Shown: piece by piece, positions 29,499 through 38,508 of the stretch
How the letters are laid out: every line of letters begins with the position of its first letter
How positions within the stretch are numbered: the first letter of the stretch is position 1
UHGV virus genome: UHGV-0140522
DNA: 64,000 nucleotides
Origin: a virus
Reading direction: 5' to 3' (one strand)
Notes under the pieces: generated by a model
Told to the model about the DNA's origin: nothing
What the model saw: the letters and a program-made list of their open reading frames with translations, nothing else
The model's database searches: none
Program-made: the position numbers and the translations under genes

Positions 29499-30374
29499 TC
29501 AAATTTTTACGTTGGTCAGCGCGGCGATAGCCTTGTCGTGCTTGTTCGCCAGAGAGCAGTACCACTTAACGCGGGTACGGGTTGCGTCTTTGTTCTGAAC
29601 AGTACCGATGTTCTCAACAACGATACCGGCGTTTTCACCGCCATACAGACCAGTCACACCGTTCTCTTCGGACAGGTGCAGGCAGTAGATGCTTGCTTTG
29701 CCAGAATCAGTCGGGATGAAGTCGTTCACGATGAACGGTACACCGTTGTGGCACAGCATCGGACGACCGAAGTTTTCCATCATGATTTCGGACGGGCCGA
29801 GGCTAACGGTACGCAGCAGAGCGCGATAAGCACGCAGGTGCTCGGAACGCATCATGATGCAGTCTGCGCCCAGATCTTTCACCGCGTCGACCAGCTCGTC
29901 GAACATGGAGAAGGTCATGGAAGCGCCTTCGATGTCGATCTTCTGATCGTCGTGCATCAGCTTCGGAATACCGTCGAACGCTTTGTTGTTGGTGCTGGAG
30001 TCGCCCAGAATCAGGTTGCGGCGGAATGCGCGAGCCAGACCTTTCACCTTCTGACGAACCTGGATTGCCAGCTGGTTGTTGGTGTCGGACATAGTGGTCG
30101 CCAGGAATTTGTCGACGTCTACGTCGCCTGCCAGGATACGCAGCTTCGCAACGTGTTCGGTGAAGGTTGCAGCGCCTTCGGTGATGGTGTCGTTCACATC
30201 AATGAAGGTTGCTTCGCTCAGGGTAGCTTCGCGGTTGTAGAGGTATGCCTTAGAATTAATCTTCATGAAAGGCAGAACAGCGAACAGGTCATCGCGATCG
30301 ATGATGGTCTCGATCACACCCTGCTCAAGTTCGTTGTTAGACAGCTTTTCAGCTTCATCACGCAGTAATGGCAT
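29499..30374 (-). CDS. major capsid protein
   Basis: A 291-aa protein between the scaffold and decoration genes, followed by a strong terminator. Confidence 0.65.
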   Translation of the reverse strand: MPLLRDEAEKLSNNELEQGVIETIIDRDDLFAVLPFMKINSKAYLYNREATLSEATFIDVNDTITEGAATFTEHVAKLRILAGDVDVDKFLATTMSDTNNQLAIQVRQKVKGLARAFRRNLILGDSSTNNKAFDGIPKLMHDDQKIDIEGASMTFSMFDELVDAVKDLGADCIMMRSEHLRAYRALLRTVSLGPSEIMMENFGRPMLCHNGVPFIVNDFIPTDSGKASIYCLHLSEENGVTGLYGGENAGIVVENIGTVQNKDATRTRVKWYCSLANKHDKAIAALTNVKI

Positions 30375-30400
30375 CTTTCATTTCCCTATGATTTAAGATG

Positions 30401-31297
30401 TTACTTGAGTCCGATTTTCCCCAGACCGGAGGTCAACTTATCCATAGTCGACTTGCTCTTCGGCTGGTTTACTTTGTGGGTCGGTTTGCTATTGGAACCA
30501 GCACCCTGCTTGGCTTCGCTGCGCAACAGTGCGTCAGCTTCCGGATCTGCACGCAGAATGCGCTCAATCGCGGATTCGAACGGTAACGGTTTGCCTTCAC
30601 CGTCAACCAGAACTGCACGTTCTTTCTGACCGGCTGGCTTATCAAAGCCCACAACACTACCGTCTTCACCCACTTCGAAATGAGAGCCGTAGATAACGCG
30701 AGCCTTAGCCGGAGTCATCAGAACTTTGTCACGCAGGAAGGCAGAGCCGCTGAAGGAAGCGCCAACAGTCATTTCGACCAGTTGGGCCTTCAGTGCGGCG
30801 TTCTCGCTCTCCAGAGCGGAGTAGCGTTCGTCGCGCTGTGCCAGTTCAGCCTGGTGCGCTTCGATCATCTGCTTTTTCACAGCATCGAACTCACCACGGC
30901 GTTCCAGTTCAGCCTGCTCCGCCTCCCGACGTGCGGTTTCTGCGGCTTGTTCAGCTTCGAGAAGCTGGCGAGCACGCGCCGGGTCAATATCACCGTACTG
31001 AGCCAGCTGATCGGCCAATGTGCGCTCTTTCTCCTTGCGCTTCATGTTCTCTTTCAGCAGGTCAGCACCGGCTTTCTTGGACTTACGCAGTTCTGCCAGC
31101 AACTCTTCCTGAGTCATACCGGCATACTCGTCGTCGTCACCCTTCGGTTGCTCTTTTTGCTCGCCCTGTTTGCCTGGGTCTTGATTGCCCTGCTCATTGT
31201 CTCCAGCAGGAGCACCGCCACCAGCGCCTCCGCGCTCATGCGCTTCAGCTACATCCATCAGGCCACGACGGGCCATAAGCATTTGCCACAGATTCAT
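30401..31297 (-). CDS. scaffolding protein
   Basis: A 298-aa acidic, coiled-coil-rich protein between the portal and capsid genes. Confidence 0.6.
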   Translation of the reverse strand: MNLWQMLMARRGLMDVAEAHERGGAGGGAPAGDNEQGNQDPGKQGEQKEQPKGDDDEYAGMTQEELLAELRKSKKAGADLLKENMKRKEKERTLADQLAQYGDIDPARARQLLEAEQAAETARREAEQAELERRGEFDAVKKQMIEAHQAELAQRDERYSALESENAALKAQLVEMTVGASFSGSAFLRDKVLMTPAKARVIYGSHFEVGEDGSVVGFDKPAGQKERAVLVDGEGKPLPFESAIERILRADPEADALLRSEAKQGAGSNSKPTHKVNQPKSKSTMDKLTSGLGKIGLK

Positions 31298-31319
31298 AGA
31301 AATTCCTTTTCGTTACTTA

Positions 31320-32894
31320 TCACTCGGTCTCTTGAGTAGATGAGTCCCCATTCCCTCGGGGTTGATCATGCCCGCTTTCTTGGGCTGTATCTTGATCATA
31401 AGTAAGTACTGACTTATTTTCAAGGGTGTTAAGATCATTTTTTGGAGGAAATTTCAAGAGATCTTTTTGAAATTCCTTCTGCATCGCATCGGAAATGTTC
31501 GGGAAGACCTTCTCGATGAGCATTTCCATCTGATGACGACGAACAGAATCAGGCGCCTGAAGCAGCGACAGTTTCTCGGCAACGGCAAACTCGTCAGTCA
31601 GACCGCGAATGTCGAAACTTTCCGGGTATGCGATCAGAGAGTGGTCTTCATCCAGTTCGACACCCATCCATTTCGCTGCCAGTTGCATCATCTGGCGCTC
31701 TGCCCTTTCGAGACGTTCTGCTTTCGTCACCAGCAGACTGTTAACGCGCTGGAAGTCGTACATCTTCGCTGCGCCCGAAGAGTTATCGATGCCCTGTGCG
31801 TTATCCTGCTTGGTTCGCTCACCTGCCACGCCAACGGAATGGTAGATCTCGTTAATCACCGTCTTAATCGTGGTGATAATCATCTGGGCCTGTTTCGGGT
31901 CCGGAGACAGGTAGAATGGCTGATTACCGCTCTCAGAGTCGAAGGTGAAGACGCGTTTTGTCCCCATTTCGAGCACTTTGGTGTGGTTTTCATCGCCCGG
32001 CAGCAATGACTGAACCGGGATCGCCAGCTGGCTGAATGTCTGATCCTGAATAATCGCGTCAAGGTTCGACAGGTAGTTGGCCACGGCGCGATCAAGATAG
32101 GCGATATCGTCAATCAACGACGGGCTGAAATACGGAGACTCGCTTTCACCAATGCAATCCACCGGGAACACCGGCACCACGCCCAGATTATGCTGGCCGC
32201 TATCCTCCAGAACGACTTTGGCCTGACGGCGACCGCTATTTCCGGAACCTTTCTTCACTTCTTCACGGAACAGATACCACTCGTTTTGCGTCCACAGACG
32301 GTAACGCTGGTATTCCTGTCCGGTTGAAGTGAACGGATCTTCGTCGTCGCGCGCGATTTCAACAATTAGCGCCCACAACATATTGCCGTCTTCATCCCAG
32401 GCAACATCAAGCAGCTGCTGCGGCGAAATCCAGTATGCGTAGGCACGCGCATCATTTTTCTTCTCGTCTGCAACAGACTCAACATCGACGTTCATCGTGC
32501 TGTCCACGACAACCCAGATACGGCCATAAATGGATGATTGCAGATCGATAGCCGCCATAAACGCATCGATGGAGGCGTTCTGGCGCGTGGCTCGCTTCCA
32601 GAAATTGCGGATCTGCTCCGGTGCTTCATCAGTGTTGCGGTGAATGACCTCTTTGAAGAGGTATTTGTTGATGAGGTTTACCACTTCGCGCGTATGGTTG
32701 AAGCGATAAGCGCGTTCCAGGCGCTCTTTGAACTCCTGATCGCCCTCTTTGAAGTAACGGAAGATATTGTCGTTGAACCAGGCACGCCCGCCAGCGTAGG
32801 TGCTGGCGAGGAAGTCCCAATGTTCTTTTTTCTTCTCATATTCAGGGTGGCGTCGTGCCACAAGGTCTTTGATTTGCTTGTCAGTCAATTCCAT
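31320..32894 (-). CDS. portal protein
   Basis: A 524-aa protein immediately downstream of the terminase large subunit. Confidence 0.8.
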   Translation of the reverse strand: MELTDKQIKDLVARRHPEYEKKKEHWDFLASTYAGGRAWFNDNIFRYFKEGDQEFKERLERAYRFNHTREVVNLINKYLFKEVIHRNTDEAPEQIRNFWKRATRQNASIDAFMAAIDLQSSIYGRIWVVVDSTMNVDVESVADEKKNDARAYAYWISPQQLLDVAWDEDGNMLWALIVEIARDDEDPFTSTGQEYQRYRLWTQNEWYLFREEVKKGSGNSGRRQAKVVLEDSGQHNLGVVPVFPVDCIGESESPYFSPSLIDDIAYLDRAVANYLSNLDAIIQDQTFSQLAIPVQSLLPGDENHTKVLEMGTKRVFTFDSESGNQPFYLSPDPKQAQMIITTIKTVINEIYHSVGVAGERTKQDNAQGIDNSSGAAKMYDFQRVNSLLVTKAERLERAERQMMQLAAKWMGVELDEDHSLIAYPESFDIRGLTDEFAVAEKLSLLQAPDSVRRHQMEMLIEKVFPNISDAMQKEFQKDLLKFPPKNDLNTLENKSVLTYDQDTAQESGHDQPRGNGDSSTQETE

Positions 32895-32912
32895 TTGCTT
32901 TTCCTTTCCGTT

Positions 32913-32930
32913 TAGGTAAGTACTTACCTA
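32913..32930. promoter_or_regulatory. perfect 18-bp copy of the recurrent palindrome TAGGTAAGTACTTACCTA, between the terL stop and the portal start
   Basis: Exact palindrome. It is one of about 14 related intergenic sites (see findings). Confidence 0.55.
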
Positions 32931-34184
32931 TCTAGATCCGCCAAGAATAACACGATTTTTCACCGGATACCTACGATGAACCGGATAACCCAACGCATCC
33001 GCACTGTGTTCGATGCCGCCAGTCTTATCCATATCGCGTGAGCCTGGCTTGTAGATCACCTTCTCCAGCGAGTCGATGAGGTGTTTGCACTTCGGATCGA
33101 TGTACAACCGGGTTTCGCCCGAGGCACTCATCAACATGCGGTTCACTGCGTTAACACGGTCTGCGATCGGCGGGTGCTTCTTCGGATAATCGACTCGAAG
33201 GAAACCTTTTTCCTTGAAGATATCGACGTCCGATTCACCGCGTGCGTGCTGGCGATACGCACCTGCCGGGTCAGGGAAGATAGTGACCTGAGACTTCCAG
33301 CGCCAGAAACGACGCTCCAGCTCATCACACACTTCAGCCGTGTTGGAAGAGAACAGCACAACCTCGTCCACGGCCCACAGCTCACCATTTGGCTGCGGCT
33401 GCAGGATGACCGATGACATAGGGTCGATGTTGAAGTCCTGACCAACCCAGATCGGCAGTTTCGGATTGAACTGGAGTGGCTTCACATGCACATTGCGGTC
33501 GAACGGGTAGTAAACGCGTCCGGACATGTTTTCGAAGCTGGCCAGGTATTCCTGCGCGAACGATTTAGGGTCCATATCGTTCTTCGCCGCTTCGATTTCC
33601 GCGCTCGGTACGAACGGAGAATCGGCCGTAACGAACTGCCAGCTCTTCCACTGCCCTTTGCGTTGCAAATCTATGTTCTGACCGATAGTCCACAGCTTGT
33701 GGAACTCGGAGAAGCCTTTTGGCGTACCGATGATCAGCGCACCGCCACGGGTAGAGGACAGTGTCGGACGCAGTACCTTGTACCAGGTGTCAGGCTTCAT
33801 ATCCTGAAATTCATCGAGCACCACGAAGTGCAGTGCCACACCACGAAGCGTATCGGGCTTATCCGCACCTTTCAGCGCGATTTCAGAGCCGTTCTTCAGC
33901 ACAATGGTCATCGTGGTGTCGTTTTTCTTACGAACCCATTTACGAGGCAGAACTTCCTGCAGGTCATCCCACAAGATCTGGCGAGCCATCTGGTAAGTCG
34001 GTGCGACGTACCAGACACGTTGCTTTTTCTCTTTGGCTGCCGCGCGGATGATGGTGGAGATCGACAACCGGGATTTACCCCAGCGTCGACCCGCACACAC
34101 CACTTTGAAACGATGTGGTGACTGGAAGACTTGCATCTGCCCAGAATGCAGCTGTACGAGACTCAGAGACGACGGGATGGCCAT
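32928..34184 (-). CDS. terL: terminase large subunit
   Basis: Walker A (CAGRRWGKS) and Walker B (VVLDEFQD) motifs, with a C-terminal nuclease region. Confidence 0.85.
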   Translation of the reverse strand: MAIPSSLSLVQLHSGQMQVFQSPHRFKVVCAGRRWGKSRLSISTIIRAAAKEKKQRVWYVAPTYQMARQILWDDLQEVLPRKWVRKKNDTTMTIVLKNGSEIALKGADKPDTLRGVALHFVVLDEFQDMKPDTWYKVLRPTLSSTRGGALIIGTPKGFSEFHKLWTIGQNIDLQRKGQWKSWQFVTADSPFVPSAEIEAAKNDMDPKSFAQEYLASFENMSGRVYYPFDRNVHVKPLQFNPKLPIWVGQDFNIDPMSSVILQPQPNGELWAVDEVVLFSSNTAEVCDELERRFWRWKSQVTIFPDPAGAYRQHARGESDVDIFKEKGFLRVDYPKKHPPIADRVNAVNRMLMSASGETRLYIDPKCKHLIDSLEKVIYKPGSRDMDKTGGIEHSADALGYPVHRRYPVKNRVILGGSR

Positions 34185-34186
34185 AG

Positions 34187-34828
34187 TTAGACGCTCCCAT
34201 CACTTTCATCACCAGACGCGTCAGAATCGCCCTCTGCTTCGCTCAGTGCTTCCTCTTCGAGCGACTCAAGCAGATCGTCATCAATCAGATCCGGCTCATC
34301 ATCTTCCTTACGCAGCTGCGCCACCTGGGAAGGCGTAAGTTCGCCAAATACCAGGTTCGGGATTTCGTCGTCTTCGTTCTCTGCGCGATCCATACCGAGC
34401 GCTTTCGAGGATATTTCGAAGCACTTAGCGAGTGTGCCGCTGGCACGCTGGAGACTCTTCAGGTCATCTTCGATGGTTGCCAGTGGCTTGCCGTCCTTCT
34501 TGGCTGTGGCCACCTCATGCATCACCATTCGACCGAGTGCGAACGCCCAATCGTCGTAACGAGTCCGGCGCTCTTCGATTTTCTCTGCACGCGCCTTTGC
34601 ACGCAGCTCTGCGTCGGATTTGAGCGACTCGCGCACCATCTTCCCAACGGAGTCCGCGCCTTTCTCTAATCCACGCTTTTTGAAATGTCTGGAGAGCGTT
34701 TCACGACGAATGCCGTACTCTTCCTCCAGCTTGGAGAGTGTGTATTCACCGGAAGTCCACTTTGCTTCGGCTTCTGCCCACTCAGCTGGCGTCAGGCGAG
34801 TTTTGCTCTCGTCTTTTTCTACAGTCAT
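34187..34828 (-). CDS. terminase small subunit (putative)
   Basis: The N-terminal region looks like an HTH, the C-terminus is acidic, and the gene sits directly upstream of terL with a 3-bp gap. Confidence 0.5.
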   Translation of the reverse strand: MTVEKDESKTRLTPAEWAEAEAKWTSGEYTLSKLEEEYGIRRETLSRHFKKRGLEKGADSVGKMVRESLKSDAELRAKARAEKIEERRTRYDDWAFALGRMVMHEVATAKKDGKPLATIEDDLKSLQRASGTLAKCFEISSKALGMDRAENEDDEIPNLVFGELTPSQVAQLRKEDDEPDLIDDDLLESLEEEALSEAEGDSDASGDESDGSV

Positions 34829-34940
34829 AGATCCCTCTAAAACACTCAGAGCGCATCCTTGCGCTCCTAAACAACTTGTTTAATTCTGTGCCTAACCAAT
34901 TTGTTTTCTGGGTGTTTAAAACCGGGCTGGGGAGTATTCA

Positions 34941-35023
34941 GAGCCTGCTTCCGTATATATTTAATAAGTCACTTAGTATTTATATATACGGAAGCAGGCT
35001 CTCAAACTGGCTCCCAGACCGAC
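34941..35023. repeat. hairpin element copy B (perfect 20-bp stem), immediately 3' of the operon's last gene
   Basis: gagcctgcttccgtatatat - ttaataagtcacttagtatt - tatatatacggaagcaggctc, followed by the tail tcaaactggctcccagacc that is shared with copy C. Confidence 0.6.
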
Positions 35024-35290
35024 TTACATCACCAGTAATTTGGCTCTGGCACGACCTAACGTGGTCAGTCCCAGCGTGCGACGGTGGTAGCCGGAATCAC
35101 CGCGCTGGCGGCACATTCCTTTCTCCACCAGCCCCTTTTTCACCAGTGCGCGGATAGAGAACTGCATACTCTGTTTGGTCGTTTTGTACGGCAGCACTTC
35201 AAGCAGCTCGTCCAGATCGAGCAGATGCCCACGCTCATGGCCTAAATTGATGGTTTTGATGATGTCTTTTTGTTTGTCGGTCAACGTCAT
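35024..35290 (-). CDS. winged-helix transcriptional regulator (88 aa); last gene of the ParB–ATPase–GNAT operon
   Basis: HTH-like segment (…QSMQFSIRALVKKGLVEK…). It is followed by hairpin element copy B. Confidence 0.45.
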   Translation of the reverse strand: MTLTDKQKDIIKTINLGHERGHLLDLDELLEVLPYKTTKQSMQFSIRALVKKGLVEKGMCRQRGDSGYHRRTLGLTTLGRARAKLLVM

Positions 35291-35299
35291 GGCAAATCC

Positions 35300-36199
35300 T
35301 TATGCCGGTAATGCAATTTCAAGAGGTTTATTCAAAGGCTGTTTGTCGAATGCCAGCAGTGGCAACGTGTCCGGCAGCTGACGACCAAAGTCCGGGTTTC
35401 GGTACACGCCATACAGCGGAGAGGTGAAGCTCAGGTTGTGAATGTCCTTGAGCAGCTTCACGATGCTGGCCTCGTCCACCAGGCTGTCGGCAATGTCCTG
35501 AATCGTCGTGCCACGATTACGCCCGGCTTTGGCCAGGGAACTGTTCTTGTGGTAGTCAGCGACCAAATCACGCAGCGCACGACGACGGCGAGACTCACTC
35601 ATGGCGAACAGCTCTTTGACGATCGCTTCGTTGTCACCAGGGTCGGAACGGAAATGACGCTGGAAGACGCGCAACGCACTCTCGTAGCTCTTCGGACGCT
35701 CCGGACGGATGAACTGGAACCCTGCTTTCATGGCGAACGGGTTGTATTTGCTCATCGACGACTGGATCTCGATGATTGGCCGGTCGTGCATCCTGCTAAC
35801 CAGGTTAATCATTCGATAGGAGACGCCGACGCCGCGGTACTGAGTGTCCACAACGGAACGGCTGATCACTGCAAAGTTGTTGTTCACGTACCGGCCCCAA
35901 TACTGGTTGGCCACGGTGGTATTGGTGGTTGGCTTCAGCTTAGGAAACATGCGATGGCGAGGCGCCAGCAGCAGTTTCGGGTAAGCCATAACCACGACGC
36001 CCACCAGCCGGTCGTCCAGTTCGCAGCGATAATACGTTGGCGCGAACGGCTTACCATCCGTCTTGTAGTGCAGCGACTTCAGCGCGTGCCAGTCTTCAAC
36101 CGTGCCTTTGGTAACGGTCATACGCTCCAGAAAGTCCAGATGACGCGGGAACTCTTCCGGGCGGTAGCGTTTGATGATGATGTCTGTCATGTCGATCAC
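35300..36199 (-). CDS. GNAT-fold acetyltransferase-like protein (299 aa)
   Basis: GNAT motif A-like sequence VVDTQYRGVGVSYRMINL. Its stop overlaps the upstream gene. Confidence 0.45.
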   Translation of the reverse strand: MIDMTDIIIKRYRPEEFPRHLDFLERMTVTKGTVEDWHALKSLHYKTDGKPFAPTYYRCELDDRLVGVVVMAYPKLLLAPRHRMFPKLKPTTNTTVANQYWGRYVNNNFAVISRSVVDTQYRGVGVSYRMINLVSRMHDRPIIEIQSSMSKYNPFAMKAGFQFIRPERPKSYESALRVFQRHFRSDPGDNEAIVKELFAMSESRRRRALRDLVADYHKNSSLAKAGRNRGTTIQDIADSLVDEASIVKLLKDIHNLSFTSPLYGVYRNPDFGRQLPDTLPLLAFDKQPLNKPLEIALPA

Positions 36200-36450
36200 C
36201 TGCGCTCGATATTGGCATTGATGAAGTCCAGGCGAAGCGATTCCATCGCCCCAACCATGACGTATGGACGCCCACCGTTATGCCAGCAATCCAGAACACT
36301 GCCGTCGTTGTTAATCATCAGCAGCGCCAGGCTCTGGCTTTTGCCTTCTCTGGCGTACTGGAGTGCTTCTTCCAGCAGGCGGATGACTTCAAGGTTGTTG
36401 TTATCTGCCTCTTTCGATGGTTTCAGCTCTACGATCTTCAAATCAGGCAT
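36196..36450 (-). CDS. hypothetical protein (84 aa) within the operon
   Basis: Start and stop overlap both neighbours (36199/36196 and 36450/36443). Confidence 0.4.
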   Translation of the reverse strand: MPDLKIVELKPSKEADNNNLEVIRLLEEALQYAREGKSQSLALLMINNDGSVLDCWHNGGRPYVMVGAMESLRLDFINANIERR

Positions 36451-37081
36451 ATTCCACCTTCACGCGTTCTTTGTAGTGCTTGGTAATCTGCATATCCGGG
36501 CGCAGCGCGTTCTTCAGGTCTTCGTGGGTCGTCGCCACCATTACCGTCGCACCAACCTTTCGAGCGGCACGCTGGAGGTTCGACGCCACAACCTGAGCGG
36601 TTACACGGTCGAGAACAGCGCCAAATTCGTCGGCTGCCCAGACTTTGGCGCCTGACTCGATCAGCTTGGCAATCTTGAGGCGGTATTTCTGGCCGTCAGA
36701 CATCTCGGATGGCTTGCGCACAAAGAGATAGGCGTCATTCAATCCGGCCATAGACAGCAGCCCCAGCGCTTCGCTGGTGGTTTTGCCCAGCTGGTCGATG
36801 ACGTTAACCTCATTGTCGAAGGTAAAGTCATCGATGGAGGCTACAGAAAGCCCTTCATCCTTCATCTGGCGTTGCAGTTCGCGCAGCACAACGGATTTGC
36901 CGGAACCGGATTGGCCGGTGATGTACACCACATCGCCCTGCTTCACTTCCAGCTCCAGATTGTCGTAAAGCGTCCACTCTTTTTCGTCCAGGCCAAGACC
37001 GAACGATTCGGCAATCTCCAGCGTGCGCGTGGTTTTGTTCACGCGGGTCTGAAACGATACATTGATGGTGTATTTGCTCAC
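36443..37081 (-). CDS. soluble ABC-type ATPase (nucleotide-binding domain only)
   Basis: Walker A (GQSGSGKS), signature-like SDGQKYRL, Walker B (VWAADEFGAVLD) and H-loop (ATTHEDL) are all present. There is no transmembrane partner nearby. Confidence 0.65.
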   Translation of the reverse strand: MSKYTINVSFQTRVNKTTRTLEIAESFGLGLDEKEWTLYDNLELEVKQGDVVYITGQSGSGKSVVLRELQRQMKDEGLSVASIDDFTFDNEVNVIDQLGKTTSEALGLLSMAGLNDAYLFVRKPSEMSDGQKYRLKIAKLIESGAKVWAADEFGAVLDRVTAQVVASNLQRAARKVGATVMVATTHEDLKNALRPDMQITKHYKERVKVEYA

Positions 37082-37779
37082 GCAGCCAGCTCCCCTGAAG
37101 AAACTTTCTCCGCATATGCCACGAAAGCGTCTACCCCGCTCTCTCCCGTGATTTCTTCCATGTGGGCAAGCAAATCCCCAACCACAATGGCAGAGCCAGC
37201 AGGGAGCGTTTTAAAGCCCAATACGTCGATGACGCGGACTTCTTCAGAGGCTACTTCGCGACTGATCTCGGTGTGCTCTTCTTTCTGGCGTTCCGTCTCT
37301 TCGCCCAGATCGAGCACCAGAGAGCCGGTTTCCATCTCTTCGGTCATGCTGCCGACAAGCACGTTCAGCTCGCGCTCTTCAAAACCGAAGACCTCGACGT
37401 CGCCCAGCACCAGGGATTCCAGTTCCTGCTGCAATTTGATGGCGTCGTAGTCAATACTGGCCAGGCGGTTGTCTTCCAGACGCTTCGCCTTCACTTCTTC
37501 TTCGCTCAGATCGTCGCGAACGATGACCGGCACACGCTCCAGACCAGCCAGAAGTGCCGCCTCGCGACGACCGTGGCCAGTAATGATGACGTCGTGCTTG
37601 TCGACCGTGATCGGCTGGTCAAAACCGCGCTTTTTGATGGCGGCCGCCAGGTCGCGGATCTGCTGTTCGTCATGTTTTTTGGCGTTCATCTCATACGGGA
37701 TGAGTTCTGCCGGGTTTCGATAGACGATTTCAAAGTTTTTGGTCATTACATACGCTCCTTGTAGTAGTCGACCAGCCAC
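37078..37779 (-). CDS. ParB/Srx-like N-terminal domain protein
   Basis: ITGHGRREAALLAG matches the ParB GxRRxxAA arginine patch. Confidence 0.7.
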   Translation of the reverse strand: MAGRLLQGAYVMTKNFEIVYRNPAELIPYEMNAKKHDEQQIRDLAAAIKKRGFDQPITVDKHDVIITGHGRREAALLAGLERVPVIVRDDLSEEEVKAKRLEDNRLASIDYDAIKLQQELESLVLGDVEVFGFEERELNVLVGSMTEEMETGSLVLDLGEETERQKEEHTEISREVASEEVRVIDVLGFKTLPAGSAIVVGDLLAHMEEITGESGVDAFVAYAEKVSSGELAA

Positions 37780-38444
37780 ACCAGGGCTTCCCCGGCGTTC
37801 TCCATTTCGTTACCGGTATTGATTCCCTGCTCTTTGATGATGGTTTTGATGGTGTCGGCGACGCGATCTGACGCATCAAACGTCACTTTGAAGCGCATCG
37901 TCTGGTGTTCAGCGCCGACTCGCTCGGTTTTCTCGCGTTTGTCCTCATCGACCGGCTCGTCATCGCCACGGGAGAGCGCTTCCAGCGCTTCAAGATCGAT
38001 AACGGACGCTTTGGCGAGTGTTGCCGCCATTTCGTCGTCATACGGGGCGATATCGGACAACCGGTAGTCGATTTCAGACTGGATTTCTTCGATTAAGCGC
38101 TGCAAAGCGACCTGATCGTCTTCGCCGTAGCGTTCGTTATCGACGAGAGACATCTGTTTGGCCACCAGGTCGTTAATTTTGCCCACGGAGATGACGGGAA
38201 CCGTTGAAATGCCCTGCTCCATCGCGGCACGCCAGCGGTGTTCGCCACCGAGGATCTCAAAAATGCCCCCGTCCAGCTCCCGCGCCAGAATTGGCTTAAA
38301 AAAGCCCAATTTTTCGATCGAGCCTTTCAGTTTTTCGAAGTTTTGCGCCCCAACGGAGTTGGTATTCCAGGGATTCGGACGCAGGTTCGCGACTTCCACC
38401 TGCAGAATCGTAATTTTCACATCCATAATTCTGATACAATCCAT
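37746..38444 (-). CDS. ParB/Srx-like N-terminal domain protein
   Basis: ILGGEHRWRAAMEQG is a close match to ParB box II (GERRWRAA). Confidence 0.75.
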   Translation of the reverse strand: MDCIRIMDVKITILQVEVANLRPNPWNTNSVGAQNFEKLKGSIEKLGFFKPILARELDGGIFEILGGEHRWRAAMEQGISTVPVISVGKINDLVAKQMSLVDNERYGEDDQVALQRLIEEIQSEIDYRLSDIAPYDDEMAATLAKASVIDLEALEALSRGDDEPVDEDKREKTERVGAEHQTMRFKVTFDASDRVADTIKTIIKEQGINTGNEMENAGEALVWLVDYYKERM

Positions 38445-38508
38445 TGTATAAGTACTTACTTACTATAATAGCCAATTACCATACAAAAGGCACGAAGGAA
38501 AGAGGTTT

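Noticed and set aside
29538-30368. 276-aa plus-strand ORF
   Set aside because: It is fully antisense to the major capsid gene, with no RBS and atypical composition.
35438-36655. 405-aa plus-strand ORF
   Set aside because: It is antisense across three translationally coupled minus-strand operon genes that carry recognisable motifs (GNAT, ABC ATPase).
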